This document shows positions 37,715 through 47,599 of a stretch of DNA of 64,000 nt, in pieces. Under the pieces are notes generated by a model. The model had not been told where the DNA came from and ran no database searches. It worked only from the letters and a program-made list of their open reading frames with translations. The DNA comes from a virus. Its lineage: Duplodnaviria > Caudoviricetes. The position numbers were made by a program, and so were the translations under genes. The stretch lies in the IMG/VR virus record IMGVR_UViG_3300033121_001941, positions 24,657 to 88,656 of that record. One strand, written 5' to 3'. Within the stretch, counting starts at the first letter, position 1. Each line of letters opens with the position of its first letter.

Positions 37715-38469
37715 ATTTGTTGTTCTTTTTTAATACGTTTATTCAATTCTCTTAATAAGGCTTTTTCTCTCATTAATTGCTTAGATTGTTCAGATCTTTT
37801 GCTGCCAAAGTTTGGACTACACACACCTCGTTTATTAAACATACCGTTGTTAGAACCTCTGCGATTCAATGATACTTTTAATCTTGTTGAAAGTTTAACG
37901 AATTTGTGTTTATGTATAGAACGTTCAAAAAGTAATTTTTTAATTTCACTCTCTGCATCGTCACTCAATTTGCAATCAATATAAGTTCGTCCTGTTAAAA
38001 TCCTGCTTATTGTACTTTGCGTAACATTAAATTGTTCACTCAATTCTGTTTGTGTTAAACCAGAAAGAAAACGTTCTTTAACATTAAAAACCTGTTCTTG
38101 CGTTAATTTAGCATGACAATGTTTATCGCCTCGATTGTTTTTTAATGTTTCAAAAGTTTTGATATGATCAACTGAACCATCGCCACCTTTTGTCATATTA
38201 TAACCATTTTCGGTTACAAAAGTTCCATGTTCTTTGATTAAATCAATTTCAGCTTTTTTAGCTTCAGCTTTTGAAAAGTATTCACCGAGTGTTTCACTCA
38301 ACCAATTATCAATGTTATATTTTCTTAGTGCACGATGAAATGCATAACATGATCCAGACTTAGCCTGGCTCAAGTGGGTCTTAAATCGTTTTTCTAATGT
38401 GAGCGAAGTCCAACCAATGTACGCTTTTCCGTTAATTTTGTTGGTGTGTTTGTAAACAAAAAATGTCAT
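37711..38469 (-). CDS. free-standing GIY-YIG homing endonuclease (HTH plus NUMOD3)
   Basis: FVYKHTNKINGKAYIGWT, FHRALRKY, GYNMTKGGDG, HTH LTQTELSEQFNVTQSTISRI. Confidence 0.9.
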   Translation of the reverse strand: MTFFVYKHTNKINGKAYIGWTSLTLEKRFKTHLSQAKSGSCYAFHRALRKYNIDNWLSETLGEYFSKAEAKKAEIDLIKEHGTFVTENGYNMTKGGDGSVDHIKTFETLKNNRGDKHCHAKLTQEQVFNVKERFLSGLTQTELSEQFNVTQSTISRILTGRTYIDCKLSDDAESEIKKLLFERSIHKHKFVKLSTRLKVSLNRRGSNNGMFNKRGVCSPNFGSKRSEQSKQLMREKALLRELNKRIKKEQQI

Positions 38470-38470
38470 A

Positions 38471-39199
38471 TTACCCTTGCAATTTTATCTTTTTGTAATG
38501 CTTTTTTATCGTTTGCATTGTAGTGGTAAGTTGTTTGGGACTCAACCTCGAAAGCTCACGCATATAAAATAAAGTTGCACCTTTATTAAGTAAATCAATT
38601 TCATCTATATTTTGAAATATAGTGATTATTGAATCAATACATGCAATTTCATTGTCTGTTTTTACCCTTGCTTTAATTTCTGCCAAAATATTCATCATAT
38701 CTTCTGCTCTATTTTCATGTGACATCATGTCATCCTGGGAAGGAACGACATTATGATTTTCAATAAATTTTTGTTCATGCATTGACAATGAATCAGGATC
38801 ATCTAAACTAACATTTCGTTTAATACGCTGAGATCTTTGTTTAGATTTAATACTTAACCAGTTTTTTGCAACAACGTTAAAATATGAAAATGCATTCGTT
38901 CCACGACTTTCATCAAATTTTCCAATCGTTTCAAACAACGCATTTACACCATCATTTTTTAAATCGTCATATGAATCATGTAAACTTGTAAACTTGTAAA
39001 TATTTATCAGGTTTTCAACAAGTTTTTCAAAGGCAGGTAAAATTCTCGTAACATATAACCCGTCTTTTATTTTTTTTTCTGTCGCTTTTTGATATTCAAC
39101 AATAGCTGCCTGCGTATCACTATTAAAATACAACCTCGTAGTTTTTACGCCTGTTTTAGGTTGTTCTCTTTTAATAGATTTCTTTTTTTGATCTGTCAT
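38471..39199 (-). CDS. RNA polymerase sigma-like factor (gp55-like late sigma candidate)
   Basis: LYF...TQAAIVEY, FEKLVENLI, KFDESRGTNAFSYFNVVAKN (sigma region 2-like). Confidence 0.65.
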   Translation of the reverse strand: MTDQKKKSIKREQPKTGVKTTRLYFNSDTQAAIVEYQKATEKKIKDGLYVTRILPAFEKLVENLINIYKFTSLHDSYDDLKNDGVNALFETIGKFDESRGTNAFSYFNVVAKNWLSIKSKQRSQRIKRNVSLDDPDSLSMHEQKFIENHNVVPSQDDMMSHENRAEDMMNILAEIKARVKTDNEIACIDSIITIFQNIDEIDLLNKGATLFYMRELSRLSPKQLTTTMQTIKKHYKKIKLQG

Positions 39200-39501
39200 T
39201 CTGACTCTTTTTCTTTGTTTTCTTCACTATCGTCAATTGAAATTTTATTTGCAATTAATAACAATGAATGTTTTGTTAGTTTAATATCAGATAAAAGTTG
39301 ATGAACGACTGGATCATCAAATGTTACTGGCATTTCTGCCACGGTTGAAATTCTTCTATAACAATCGTCTATTATATCCAATGATTGTTCAACTTGCTCT
39401 ATGATAACATCATGCATATCATTTAATCGTAATAATTTAATAACAAGAAAAAATATTAACATTATCAGCAAGACGATTATGAATAATAAAAATGCAATCA
39501 T
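39196..39501 (-). CDS. membrane-anchored hypothetical protein
   Basis: N-terminal hydrophobic helix. Confidence 0.6.
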   Translation of the reverse strand: MIAFLLFIIVLLIMLIFFLVIKLLRLNDMHDVIIEQVEQSLDIIDDCYRRISTVAEMPVTFDDPVVHQLLSDIKLTKHSLLLIANKISIDDSEENKEKESE

Positions 39502-40661
39502 ATTATATCCTTTAAAGCTTCGTCATAATAAGAACAAATGTTTTTAAATGAAAACTGTGTTTTTACTGTTTTCTGTAAATCTTTTGCCCATTCTTTTGGT
39601 GTTGCGCTACTGTCATAAAATTTCATTATTTTACGTTTAAAGTCATCTTCAGATGGATTTGCCCACCGCGCACCTTTTACAAATATGTGATTATCAACTC
39701 TAGTTGAATGTATATCACCTAATTGATATTGAATTGCGACAAATTTTCCTTTGTTTAAGAAATCAAGATGACCTGACCAATTGGTAGCAATTACTGGTAA
39801 TCCTGATGCCGCCGCCTCAAGTACAGGTAATCCAAACCCTTCACCCCTTGTTAACGTAACGAGAGCTTTAATTTGTTTATGCTTGTATAGTGATGATACT
39901 TCCTCGTCAGACATGTCGCCATGCAAAAGCGTCATTTTTGGATATTGACCTACGCGAACTTCTGAAAGTAGTTGTTTCATCATCACCTTTATTTGATTTC
40001 TATCGATCTTTGAATTTCTACCTGCGTTTGTTTTAATAACGATGCCTACATCTTTACGGTCTTTAAATACTTCACATAACCATTTGATAGTTAGGAATAC
40101 GTTTTTTCGATCATTATGAACATTGTTTCCAGTTAATTGTCCAAATAACAGAAAATTAAATGGTGTTGAAAAATCATCAAGCACTGTATTGCTTTCAATA
40201 ACATCAATTTGTTCAGTATACGACTCTGGGACAACAAGAACATCCTTGGTCAATTTTCCAGAATTTTCAAGACATTTTTTTGCATGTTGTGATGGGACAA
40301 TAACAAGATCCATTGAATTACATGAATTTACCCACTCTGGATTACAACGGTCAGTTTCTACAATTGCTGATAGCCCGACGTTGACTCGAGATAATTTTGG
40401 GTCCCATTCATTTGGTAACTTCAATTGAAAAGAAACATCAAATCCTGAGACTGCCTCAACTGTTGTTGTTCTGGTCATAATTTCTCCAATAAGACCATCG
40501 CACGCTTTAGGATCTATAATAAATGGAGTATCACCCCAAGGTGTAATAATAAACTTTACGTTTAAGTCTGATTTACTTAAAAGCCATTTTGCCAACTGCC
40601 TACAATGGGTACCATATCCGGACTGCGTTAGTACGGGACCACTTAGAACGACATTTTTCAT
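39498..40661 (-). CDS. GT-B (GT4-like) glycosyltransferase
   Basis: SGYG..CR, TRGEGFGLPVLEAAASGLPVIATNWSGHLDF. Confidence 0.9.
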   Translation of the reverse strand: MKNVVLSGPVLTQSGYGTHCRQLAKWLLSKSDLNVKFIITPWGDTPFIIDPKACDGLIGEIMTRTTTVEAVSGFDVSFQLKLPNEWDPKLSRVNVGLSAIVETDRCNPEWVNSCNSMDLVIVPSQHAKKCLENSGKLTKDVLVVPESYTEQIDVIESNTVLDDFSTPFNFLLFGQLTGNNVHNDRKNVFLTIKWLCEVFKDRKDVGIVIKTNAGRNSKIDRNQIKVMMKQLLSEVRVGQYPKMTLLHGDMSDEEVSSLYKHKQIKALVTLTRGEGFGLPVLEAAASGLPVIATNWSGHLDFLNKGKFVAIQYQLGDIHSTRVDNHIFVKGARWANPSEDDFKRKIMKFYDSSATPKEWAKDLQKTVKTQFSFKNICSYYDEALKDII

Positions 40662-42156
40662 AATTCAATCTTTTCCCATCGTTTGTTTGTTTTCCAATTT
40701 TCAGTTAACTGTGTTAATGTTTTGTCCCATTCACTGATTAAATGATCCATTGAATAATTTTTCAAAGCATGTTCTCGTGCAAGTTTTCCAACTTCTTCTC
40801 GTTTTTCTGGGCCCCATTCATATACAGTCATCATAGCTTTAGTTACACTTTCATGGGAAACAACATCTTCAAAAATATAAGGCACATTTTGATTTCCAAC
40901 AAGACACCGCGCAGATGATTTAATCGCTACACCATACTCGAATCCAGTTTCGTGATCAAGAACTTGTCTTGTTAACCCACCTGTGCAATTTGCAATAACA
41001 GGTTTCCCTGTCATTTTTGCTTCAAGAACTCCGAGACCAAATCCTTCATTAACGCTTATATTAACGACAACATCAGATATGTTGTAAAGTAAGTTCATTT
41101 CAGGGAAACCAACACGCTCTTTTGAAAATACCACGTTCTCCTTAAGATGAAGCATATCAATTACATGATGTAAATTCGCACCTTCAGGATCTAAAGGATC
41201 AGCATGCATAATTAAAGTTGATTTACGATGCCCATGAGTTTTTTCAAGCTGATCAAGAAACGCCTTAAAAGATACTATTATGTCTGATGGCATTTTTCGT
41301 CGTGCATTTCTGCTGACAAACGTTACGATAAAATGATCTGCGCGCGAAGAACCTAGTGCATTTGACTTAAATTTATCAGAATCTGATTTAGGAACTGGAT
41401 AAAATAATTCTGAAGGAACGGCATGGGGAATATAATTCGTTTTTTCTGGGAATCTTTTACTGACCATTTCATACGTTGGCCAATTAATACAATTGATTTG
41501 ATCAGTTGATTCGTATAAGACGCGATTAAATTCAGGCCAAGGATCATTATCCCACAAATGGTTATAAATGATAGGACACATCGAATGGATTTCGTCTTCC
41601 ATTTCCCAGACCCAATAGAAGAATCTTGGATCAGTGAACAACATTAACACATCAGGCTTTTCCTGTGCCAAAGCCTGTCTTAACATATTTTTATCACCAA
41701 ATCCATTCGTAGGTTTGATTACAAAATCTTCATTAACGACAACGGTATCATAATTTTCGTGTCGCACCGCGCCGCCGAAGCACTTAAATGAATATTTCCC
41801 AGAAGCAATAAGACCGGAAATTAACCACCGTGACTGGGTGCCTACTCCTGACGTACTCACATAAATTTGGACTATATCATCACTGACGATTAATCAGGTT
41901 GGGCGCTGTCGGATCATCGTCATATGTTTTTACATTTAGACTGACCGTAGTCTCTGAACCTTCTCCACTGTTTCCAGACAGGAGCTCGGCTGCTGATTAC
42001 AATTTAATTTTGACTTTTTAACTATCACGCTTATCGTTTCCAATTACGTTGTAGTGTCAATTTTAATGCTTCCCAGCAATTCACCCAATTTTACATCCGC
42101 TGAGCTGTAGTTGTTCACGGATGATCAGATAGCAATAATATCTTTTTTTTACGCAT
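40658..42156 (-). CDS. GT-B (GT4-like) glycosyltransferase, spliced: exon 1 42156-42117, exon 2 41859-40658 (413 aa)
   Basis: Joining exons gives MRKKKILLLSDHPLSTSGVGTQ; RNARRK and NEGFGLGVLEA motifs. Confidence 0.85.
41860..42116 (-). ncRNA. group I intron, 257 nt, no ORF (IA-like, with P7.1 and P5abc-like extension)
   Basis: P1 CATCCGT/GCGGATG with U.G at the splice site; P3 TTGGGTG/CGCCCAA; P GAATTGCTGGGAA; Q AATCAGCAGCC; R GTTCAGAGACTA; S GATATAGTCC; terminal G; P10 GCTCA/TGAGT. Confidence 0.92.
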
Positions 42157-43081
42157 AATTTTTAATCCACATGTTTACTTTATCTTTCCAATCTACGAAC
42201 TTCAAATCACTTCCCCACATAACAAATACATCAAACCCATTTGATTTAATTCTTTCAATTCTTTCATTGTCAAATTTCCAAATATTTTCTGCTAACATTT
42301 TTTTACTTGGATTCCAATCATTTGCTTTATATTTTTCAGGATTACAATGCCAATAATCTCCATTAAATTCAATTACAATCTTTTTATCAAAAGACACAAT
42401 ATCAGCAAAAATTTCTTTTTCACCTTTTTTAGAAATTAATTTCTCTATCTGAAAATTTAATTCAGGAAAAGTTGATTTTACATATTCAAATATTTCAATT
42501 TGGGGTCGCGTTTTTGTTCTTCTTTTTGCAAGCATAAAAGCATTTGATATGTTTCCATAATTTTTCTTTAATGTTTGTAATTGTTTTAATTTTTGTTCAA
42601 CAGTTAATGTTTTACCAAACATCGGATTGTTTTCGCCACCAAGCAAGTTTTTCATATATTCAATATAACATAATCTTGAACACGATCTTGTTACATCAAT
42701 ATCATTAAATCTCGGTTGAACATATACCATGTTGTAACAATGTTTATTTAAACAAGACTTGATAATCCCTTCTTTTTCATTTTTATGATTTTTCCACTTG
42801 TCAAAAGTTCCATCTTTGATATAAAATTTTGATGCACAAGATCTTCCACAAAACACTCTTATGTCTCTATTAGGACGATAATGATATTGAAAATGTTTAT
42901 TACAAACCTTACAAATACCTTGTTTTTGATTTAATTTTAATTTAGCGTAATTACGTTTAGATTTTAACTTCCCCCATAAAATTAAACATTCAGGTGAGCA
43001 CGTTTTTTTATTTGTTGAACTTAAACGTTTTTGACAAATTTGACATTTAGCGTCATTTTTTATCAGATTAATATAAAACAT
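42149..43081 (-). CDS. putative homing endonuclease (Zn-ribbon repeats plus Vsr/DUF559-like nuclease domain)
   Basis: CQIC...CSPEC, CKVC...FCGRSC repeats; ADIV...IVIEFNGDYWHCNP. Confidence 0.75.
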   Translation of the reverse strand: MFYINLIKNDAKCQICQKRLSSTNKKTCSPECLILWGKLKSKRNYAKLKLNQKQGICKVCNKHFQYHYRPNRDIRVFCGRSCASKFYIKDGTFDKWKNHKNEKEGIIKSCLNKHCYNMVYVQPRFNDIDVTRSCSRLCYIEYMKNLLGGENNPMFGKTLTVEQKLKQLQTLKKNYGNISNAFMLAKRRTKTRPQIEIFEYVKSTFPELNFQIEKLISKKGEKEIFADIVSFDKKIVIEFNGDYWHCNPEKYKANDWNPSKKMLAENIWKFDNERIERIKSNGFDVFVMWGSDLKFVDWKDKVNMWIKNYA

Positions 43082-43088
43082 AAATTGA

Positions 43089-44567
43089 TTATATCATCTT
43101 CGGATAAAAATATACGATGTTTTTACACCCATGAATTGTGAATAAGCGTTTATATGATTCTGTGATAAACTGTGAACAATTTTTTAGCGAAATTCTTTTG
43201 ATAGTATCAGTTTTCCAAGATTTAATTTCTGTTTCATAAATCTTTTCAAATCCAAATTTTTCAAAATTTGAACCATCTTCATATCTCAGATCAACACTCG
43301 AAACAATGTCATAATCAGAATAAACTGCTTGAAGTTCTTTTATTAATTTGCCAAAATTATTTTCAATGAAAACGCCTGAATCAGATGATATTTTGACTAT
43401 TTCTAAAACGTTATCTTGTTTAATGTTTATCGCTATACACATTCTTAATTGTTCATTTTGAAACAATCCATAGAAATTTTCAGACTTTTGTTCATTATCA
43501 AGATGTGTCAATTCGAAAAACGTTTTTGCATCATCGCTTGAAATAGCTTTAAACTCACAGTCACTTGATTTTAATCTCGAAAAATGATTTTTCAACCCAT
43601 TGTTAATTAGATTTTTGCACGCAGCCTGTTTATCTCGCCATTCATCTTCGAAAATGTGAATTAATCTGATACCTTTTTCAAGACACTTATCTGATTTTGT
43701 CTGGTGTTTGAACTTATCTTTGTTTAAAACGTCTGAATGCCAGTACAATCCGTTACATTCGATTCCCAAATTATTCTCTTTTATAAGAATATCGATTTCA
43801 ACACCGTTAACATATGATCTTCGTTTTATTTTGATTCCCAACGATTCAACGTAGTCACCAATTTCCTTTTCGAAATTTGATGTGCTCATATCACAATGAT
43901 TACAACGCTGTAACTTTTTACGTATCAAATTGTAAAAACTTAAAGACAAAATATCACCGCAACGTAAACATTTTATTTCAACGTTGCTTTTCCTGTTGTT
44001 GATTCTTGATTCAATATCAGAAATTTGTGTGATTAACTCGAAGTTATTCTTGATTTTTTCGTTGATTATTTTAATGAGTTCGTCAGAAGAATATGAATTG
44101 TATTTGTTTCCCAACGACGCTTGTGATATGTTCTCTAGTGATTTTGATGTAAACTTTGTTTGATCTTTTGCCCAATGTTTTATTTCACCAGACTTGAATT
44201 TTTCTTTTAACGTTTCTGAAACTTTAATACTTAGACCCTTTAATCTTTCGTCCATTTCTTTTGATTTTCCACGCGACCAATGAGATTTCTTTTGTGAAAT
44301 CTTCGTTAATTCAGAACGTAACTGTTTATCGTAATGCCCTTTCGCGTATTCTGAGAATCCAGATTCCCAATTATTCCATGAAACTTTTTCTTCACACGAT
44401 TCACAACATTTACACTTAGGAGGTACAGATAATTCATTCTTTAACAACCACAGTTGCCAAAGTTGTATTCCATGTTTATTTTTTGAGTGAAACGTGATGC
44501 CTCTAGACCACGGTCCAAGAACATCGTTACATAACGGACACTTAAATTGTTGATGTGAAGTAATCAT
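43089..44567 (-). CDS. putative homing endonuclease (Vsr-like EIDI...IECNGLYWH domain) with degenerate C-terminal GNAT-like region
   Basis: EIDILIKENNLGIECNGLYWHS...GIRLIHIFEDEW; N-terminal CPLC and CKCC. Confidence 0.7.
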   Translation of the reverse strand: MITSHQQFKCPLCNDVLGPWSRGITFHSKNKHGIQLWQLWLLKNELSVPPKCKCCESCEEKVSWNNWESGFSEYAKGHYDKQLRSELTKISQKKSHWSRGKSKEMDERLKGLSIKVSETLKEKFKSGEIKHWAKDQTKFTSKSLENISQASLGNKYNSYSSDELIKIINEKIKNNFELITQISDIESRINNRKSNVEIKCLRCGDILSLSFYNLIRKKLQRCNHCDMSTSNFEKEIGDYVESLGIKIKRRSYVNGVEIDILIKENNLGIECNGLYWHSDVLNKDKFKHQTKSDKCLEKGIRLIHIFEDEWRDKQAACKNLINNGLKNHFSRLKSSDCEFKAISSDDAKTFFELTHLDNEQKSENFYGLFQNEQLRMCIAINIKQDNVLEIVKISSDSGVFIENNFGKLIKELQAVYSDYDIVSSVDLRYEDGSNFEKFGFEKIYETEIKSWKTDTIKRISLKNCSQFITESYKRLFTIHGCKNIVYFYPKMI

Positions 44568-44581
44568 GTTACATTAGACTG

Positions 44582-44588
44582 ATATTTA
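44582..44588 (+). promoter_or_regulatory. candidate late promoter ATATTTA
   Basis: 6 nt upstream of the first ART-like gene. Confidence 0.4.
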
Positions 44589-44594
44589 AAACAA

Positions 44595-45545
44595 ATGGCA
44601 ACGTATAAATCAGATTTTACACCCGCGCGCAACGAACTTAATTCACTTTGGGATAAATATGGTGAAAATGTTTATTTTTTGTTTACGGAATATGAATATT
44701 CAACTTTTACTTCAGACATTGACATTAATTACAGATTTATGTTTGCGAAGTTTTTTGATCAAATTAGAAATTTGATACCATTAACAAAATCATCTTTAAT
44801 AAAATTAGCGGAGAGTTCATATGATTATGCCTTTAAAGCATATCAAAAACGTACTTCCATACCAGTTTCTGAAATATTCATTAAGATAATGAAAAAATGT
44901 GAAATTGATTACATTAAATTATTATCAAAATTCAAAAAATCAAAAATTAAACCTGAATTGGAAAAATCAAAACTTGGAAAATATGCATTTCCACAAGATC
45001 GTTTAAAAAACGACGTACCTTATGAATTTGATACAAAAATAGAATCTGATCTTTTAACAAATATTAATATGCATTTTTTAGGTAGTTCAAAACTATCAAA
45101 AGAAAATGCAAAATTAATTCAATCATTTTTGAAAACAGGAAAATATTCCGACATTTTTAAAGAACCAGATTGTGAAAAAGTTTATAGGAGAATGTTGGTT
45201 CCCACAAGTTGGTTGCAAAAAATATTAAATAAATCAAACATAGAATTACCCAACAAAGGTAACATTAACATGAATTTTTTGTATACACCATTAAAAAATT
45301 TTGGTGGATCATCTTGGTCAACAAGCACGAAGTTTGTGAATAGTTGGCGTCCATATGCGGCGGCGGCAGATAGCGATGTTAAAGTTACATTAATGGCAAA
45401 CGTATCTGATAATAAATGGAAATTTGTCATTGGAAAAAACGGATTGTATAAACTTAACATACCAAGTGACTTTACTGAACAACATGAAGCGGTAGGGTTA
45501 GGAACAATTAAAGTTTCAGGAATTAAATGGGAAATAGTAAAATGA
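44595..45545 (+). CDS. ADP-ribosyltransferase-like protein 1 (R-S-QxE) with extra N-terminal domain
   Basis: KVYRR, GGSSWSTS, TEQHEAV. Confidence 0.7.
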   Translation: MATYKSDFTPARNELNSLWDKYGENVYFLFTEYEYSTFTSDIDINYRFMFAKFFDQIRNLIPLTKSSLIKLAESSYDYAFKAYQKRTSIPVSEIFIKIMKKCEIDYIKLLSKFKKSKIKPELEKSKLGKYAFPQDRLKNDVPYEFDTKIESDLLTNINMHFLGSSKLSKENAKLIQSFLKTGKYSDIFKEPDCEKVYRRMLVPTSWLQKILNKSNIELPNKGNINMNFLYTPLKNFGGSSWSTSTKFVNSWRPYAAAADSDVKVTLMANVSDNKWKFVIGKNGLYKLNIPSDFTEQHEAVGLGTIKVSGIKWEIVK

Positions 45546-46138
45546 GAAAGCGTTTAAGAGAGGAAACTCAATCTGATCCTTTGGGCAAATATGCTTTTCC
45601 TAATGAAAGATTACCTGATTTTAAAGTTCCGGAAGAAATTGATACAAAAATTGAGAAACAGTTAATTGGGAACATCGCCGATCATTTTAACGGCGATGAA
45701 AAATTATCAAAAAAAAGCGTAAAATTAGTTCAATCATTTTTGAAAAACGGTTTGTATTCTGATATATTCAAAGAACCCGATTGTGAAAAAGTTTATAGAG
45801 GAATGGGCGTTTCATTGGGATGGTTGCAATTATTGTTAAAGACTTTTAAAGTACCTGATAAAGGTAAAATTAAAGTAAAGTTTTTATACAAACCCCTTGA
45901 AAATTTTGGTGGATCTTCTTGGTCAACAAGCGAAAGTTTTGCGCAAAACTGGGCATTGGATATGTACCATGATGTTGCTATAACTTTAATAGCAAACGTA
46001 TCTGACAATAAACAAAAATTCACTATTGGTGAAAATGGGCTCTATAAACTACGTGACCCAGCATTCTATAAGAATCAACAAGAAGCAGTGGGCCTGGGAA
46101 CAATTAAGGTTTCAGAAATTGAATGGATCGTAAGATAA
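45542..46138 (+). CDS. ADP-ribosyltransferase-like protein 2 (R-S-QxE)
   Basis: KVYRGM, GGSSWSTS, NQQEAV. Confidence 0.72.
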   Translation: MRKRLREETQSDPLGKYAFPNERLPDFKVPEEIDTKIEKQLIGNIADHFNGDEKLSKKSVKLVQSFLKNGLYSDIFKEPDCEKVYRGMGVSLGWLQLLLKTFKVPDKGKIKVKFLYKPLENFGGSSWSTSESFAQNWALDMYHDVAITLIANVSDNKQKFTIGENGLYKLRDPAFYKNQQEAVGLGTIKVSEIEWIVR

Positions 46139-46746
46139 TGAAAAAACGAATTTTTAAAGAAGAAACTCAGTCTGATCCATTAGGGAAATATGCTTGGCCT
46201 CATGAACGAGTAATTAAAGGTGAAGTTCCCGATGAGATAAATACAGAACTTGAAAATAAACTAATAGATGCGATTCAATTACATTTTGATGGAATACGTT
46301 ATTTTTCTTCTGAAGAAGCAAGTCAATTACAAAATTTATTGTCAAAAAACTTATATTCAGATATAATTTCTGAACCTAAAGTTGATGTTGTGTATAGAAC
46401 GATGTATGTTCCGAAACAATGGATTCAACATACTTTGGGCATTAAATCTATTTCAAATAAAGGTATGTTTGATAAAAATTTCAAATTTCATCCACTTCAA
46501 GGCCGAGCGTCTAGTTCATGGACAGAATCATATAAATTTGCAGAACATTGGGGTATTGTTTTTGATTCATACGTAATTTTACATGCAAAAATTTCAGATA
46601 ATAAAAATTCATTTTTATCAGGGAAAAATGGTTTATACAAACTAAAAAATCCTAATGTGTTCTTATCGCAAGAAGAAGTTGTAGGACTTTTTACTATAAA
46701 CGTTTTTAAATTAAGTTGGAGAATTATTTCTGCCGATGATTTTTAA
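46138..46746 (+). CDS. ADP-ribosyltransferase-like protein 3 (R-S-QxE)
   Basis: VVYRTM, ASSWTES, SQEEVV. Confidence 0.7.
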   Translation: MKKRIFKEETQSDPLGKYAWPHERVIKGEVPDEINTELENKLIDAIQLHFDGIRYFSSEEASQLQNLLSKNLYSDIISEPKVDVVYRTMYVPKQWIQHTLGIKSISNKGMFDKNFKFHPLQGRASSSWTESYKFAEHWGIVFDSYVILHAKISDNKNSFLSGKNGLYKLKNPNVFLSQEEVVGLFTINVFKLSWRIISADDF

Positions 46747-47549
46747 GGACAATGCTCGGTGTCTTTATACTGACACCATTTGCATGAATTTCGATTTTTT
46801 AGTTTCATCCCGCGCTTAACGCTGACGATCATATTATCAATAATCTTTAACGAACGTTTTGTTGTTAAATCACCTACTGATGTCACGATAAGTTCGCAAT
46901 GAGCTCCGGGTTTTGCTGTTCGTTTTAAAAGAGCGAATCCACATCTTACCAAACTGGGATCTGTTTTTGTTTTTAACGCCCAATAGTTTTTGTAATAAAC
47001 AAGTTGCAATTGAGTCATCTTGTCTTGTTTTTTCTCTCTCGTCCATCCAAACCCGCAAGTCTTAAAATCTATTAACCAGAAAAGTTGTTTATTTCGCGGT
47101 CCTGGTGCTTTAATTACGCAATCAATAAAGCCCTTAAAGGCATGTGGATGACCAATGATTTCTTCGTAAAGATAATGTTCTGCATCAACAAACTCCCATC
47201 CCGGGAACTGTTTATCAAACCATTCAGGAACATCACCGAGAATTGATAAACCTTCTTTTATGAAAGTTGTTTTTGCATCATCTGTATACTGTTCTACGTT
47301 TAAATCTTTATGAAGTTCCCATAATTCATTAAGTGAATTGATAAAGATGTCAGTATTCATTTCTTTTGTTTTTAAGAAATTTTCACAAGCACTATGAATC
47401 GCGGTCCCAAAATCCATGTGAATTCCTGGTTTGTCGACGTCAATTTTTTTAATCGCAGAAAGATAATGTCTATAACTACATTCAGTCCATCCTTTAATTT
47501 CAGAAAAACTAATATGAGGTTTTCCAGTCGGTAAATCAACAAATTCCAT
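46743..47549 (-). CDS. PD-(D/E)xK (RecB/Cas4-like) nuclease with probable Fe-S cluster
   Basis: HISFS...C, GTAIH, GFID, LIDFKT, QLVYY, CKWCQY...CP. Confidence 0.88.
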   Translation of the reverse strand: MEFVDLPTGKPHISFSEIKGWTECSYRHYLSAIKKIDVDKPGIHMDFGTAIHSACENFLKTKEMNTDIFINSLNELWELHKDLNVEQYTDDAKTTFIKEGLSILGDVPEWFDKQFPGWEFVDAEHYLYEEIIGHPHAFKGFIDCVIKAPGPRNKQLFWLIDFKTCGFGWTREKKQDKMTQLQLVYYKNYWALKTKTDPSLVRCGFALLKRTAKPGAHCELIVTSVGDLTTKRSLKIIDNMIVSVKRGMKLKNRNSCKWCQYKDTEHCP

Positions 47550-47584
47550 TATTATAATCTAATATACAATCTACGTATGAACAG

Positions 47585-47591
47585 ATAATTA
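47585..47591 (+). promoter_or_regulatory. candidate late promoter ATAATTA
   Basis: 8 nt upstream of ART-like gene 4. Confidence 0.4.
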
Positions 47592-47599
47592 ATATCAAG

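Noticed and set aside
40658-43081. Intein, or endonuclease ORF inside the intron
   Set aside because: The interruption has stops and group I RNA motifs rather than intein motifs; the nuclease ORF ends upstream of exon 1 and so lies outside the intron
46743-47549. Cas4 of a CRISPR-Cas system
   Set aside because: No cas1, cas2 or array nearby; stand-alone Cas4/RecB-like nucleases are common in phages
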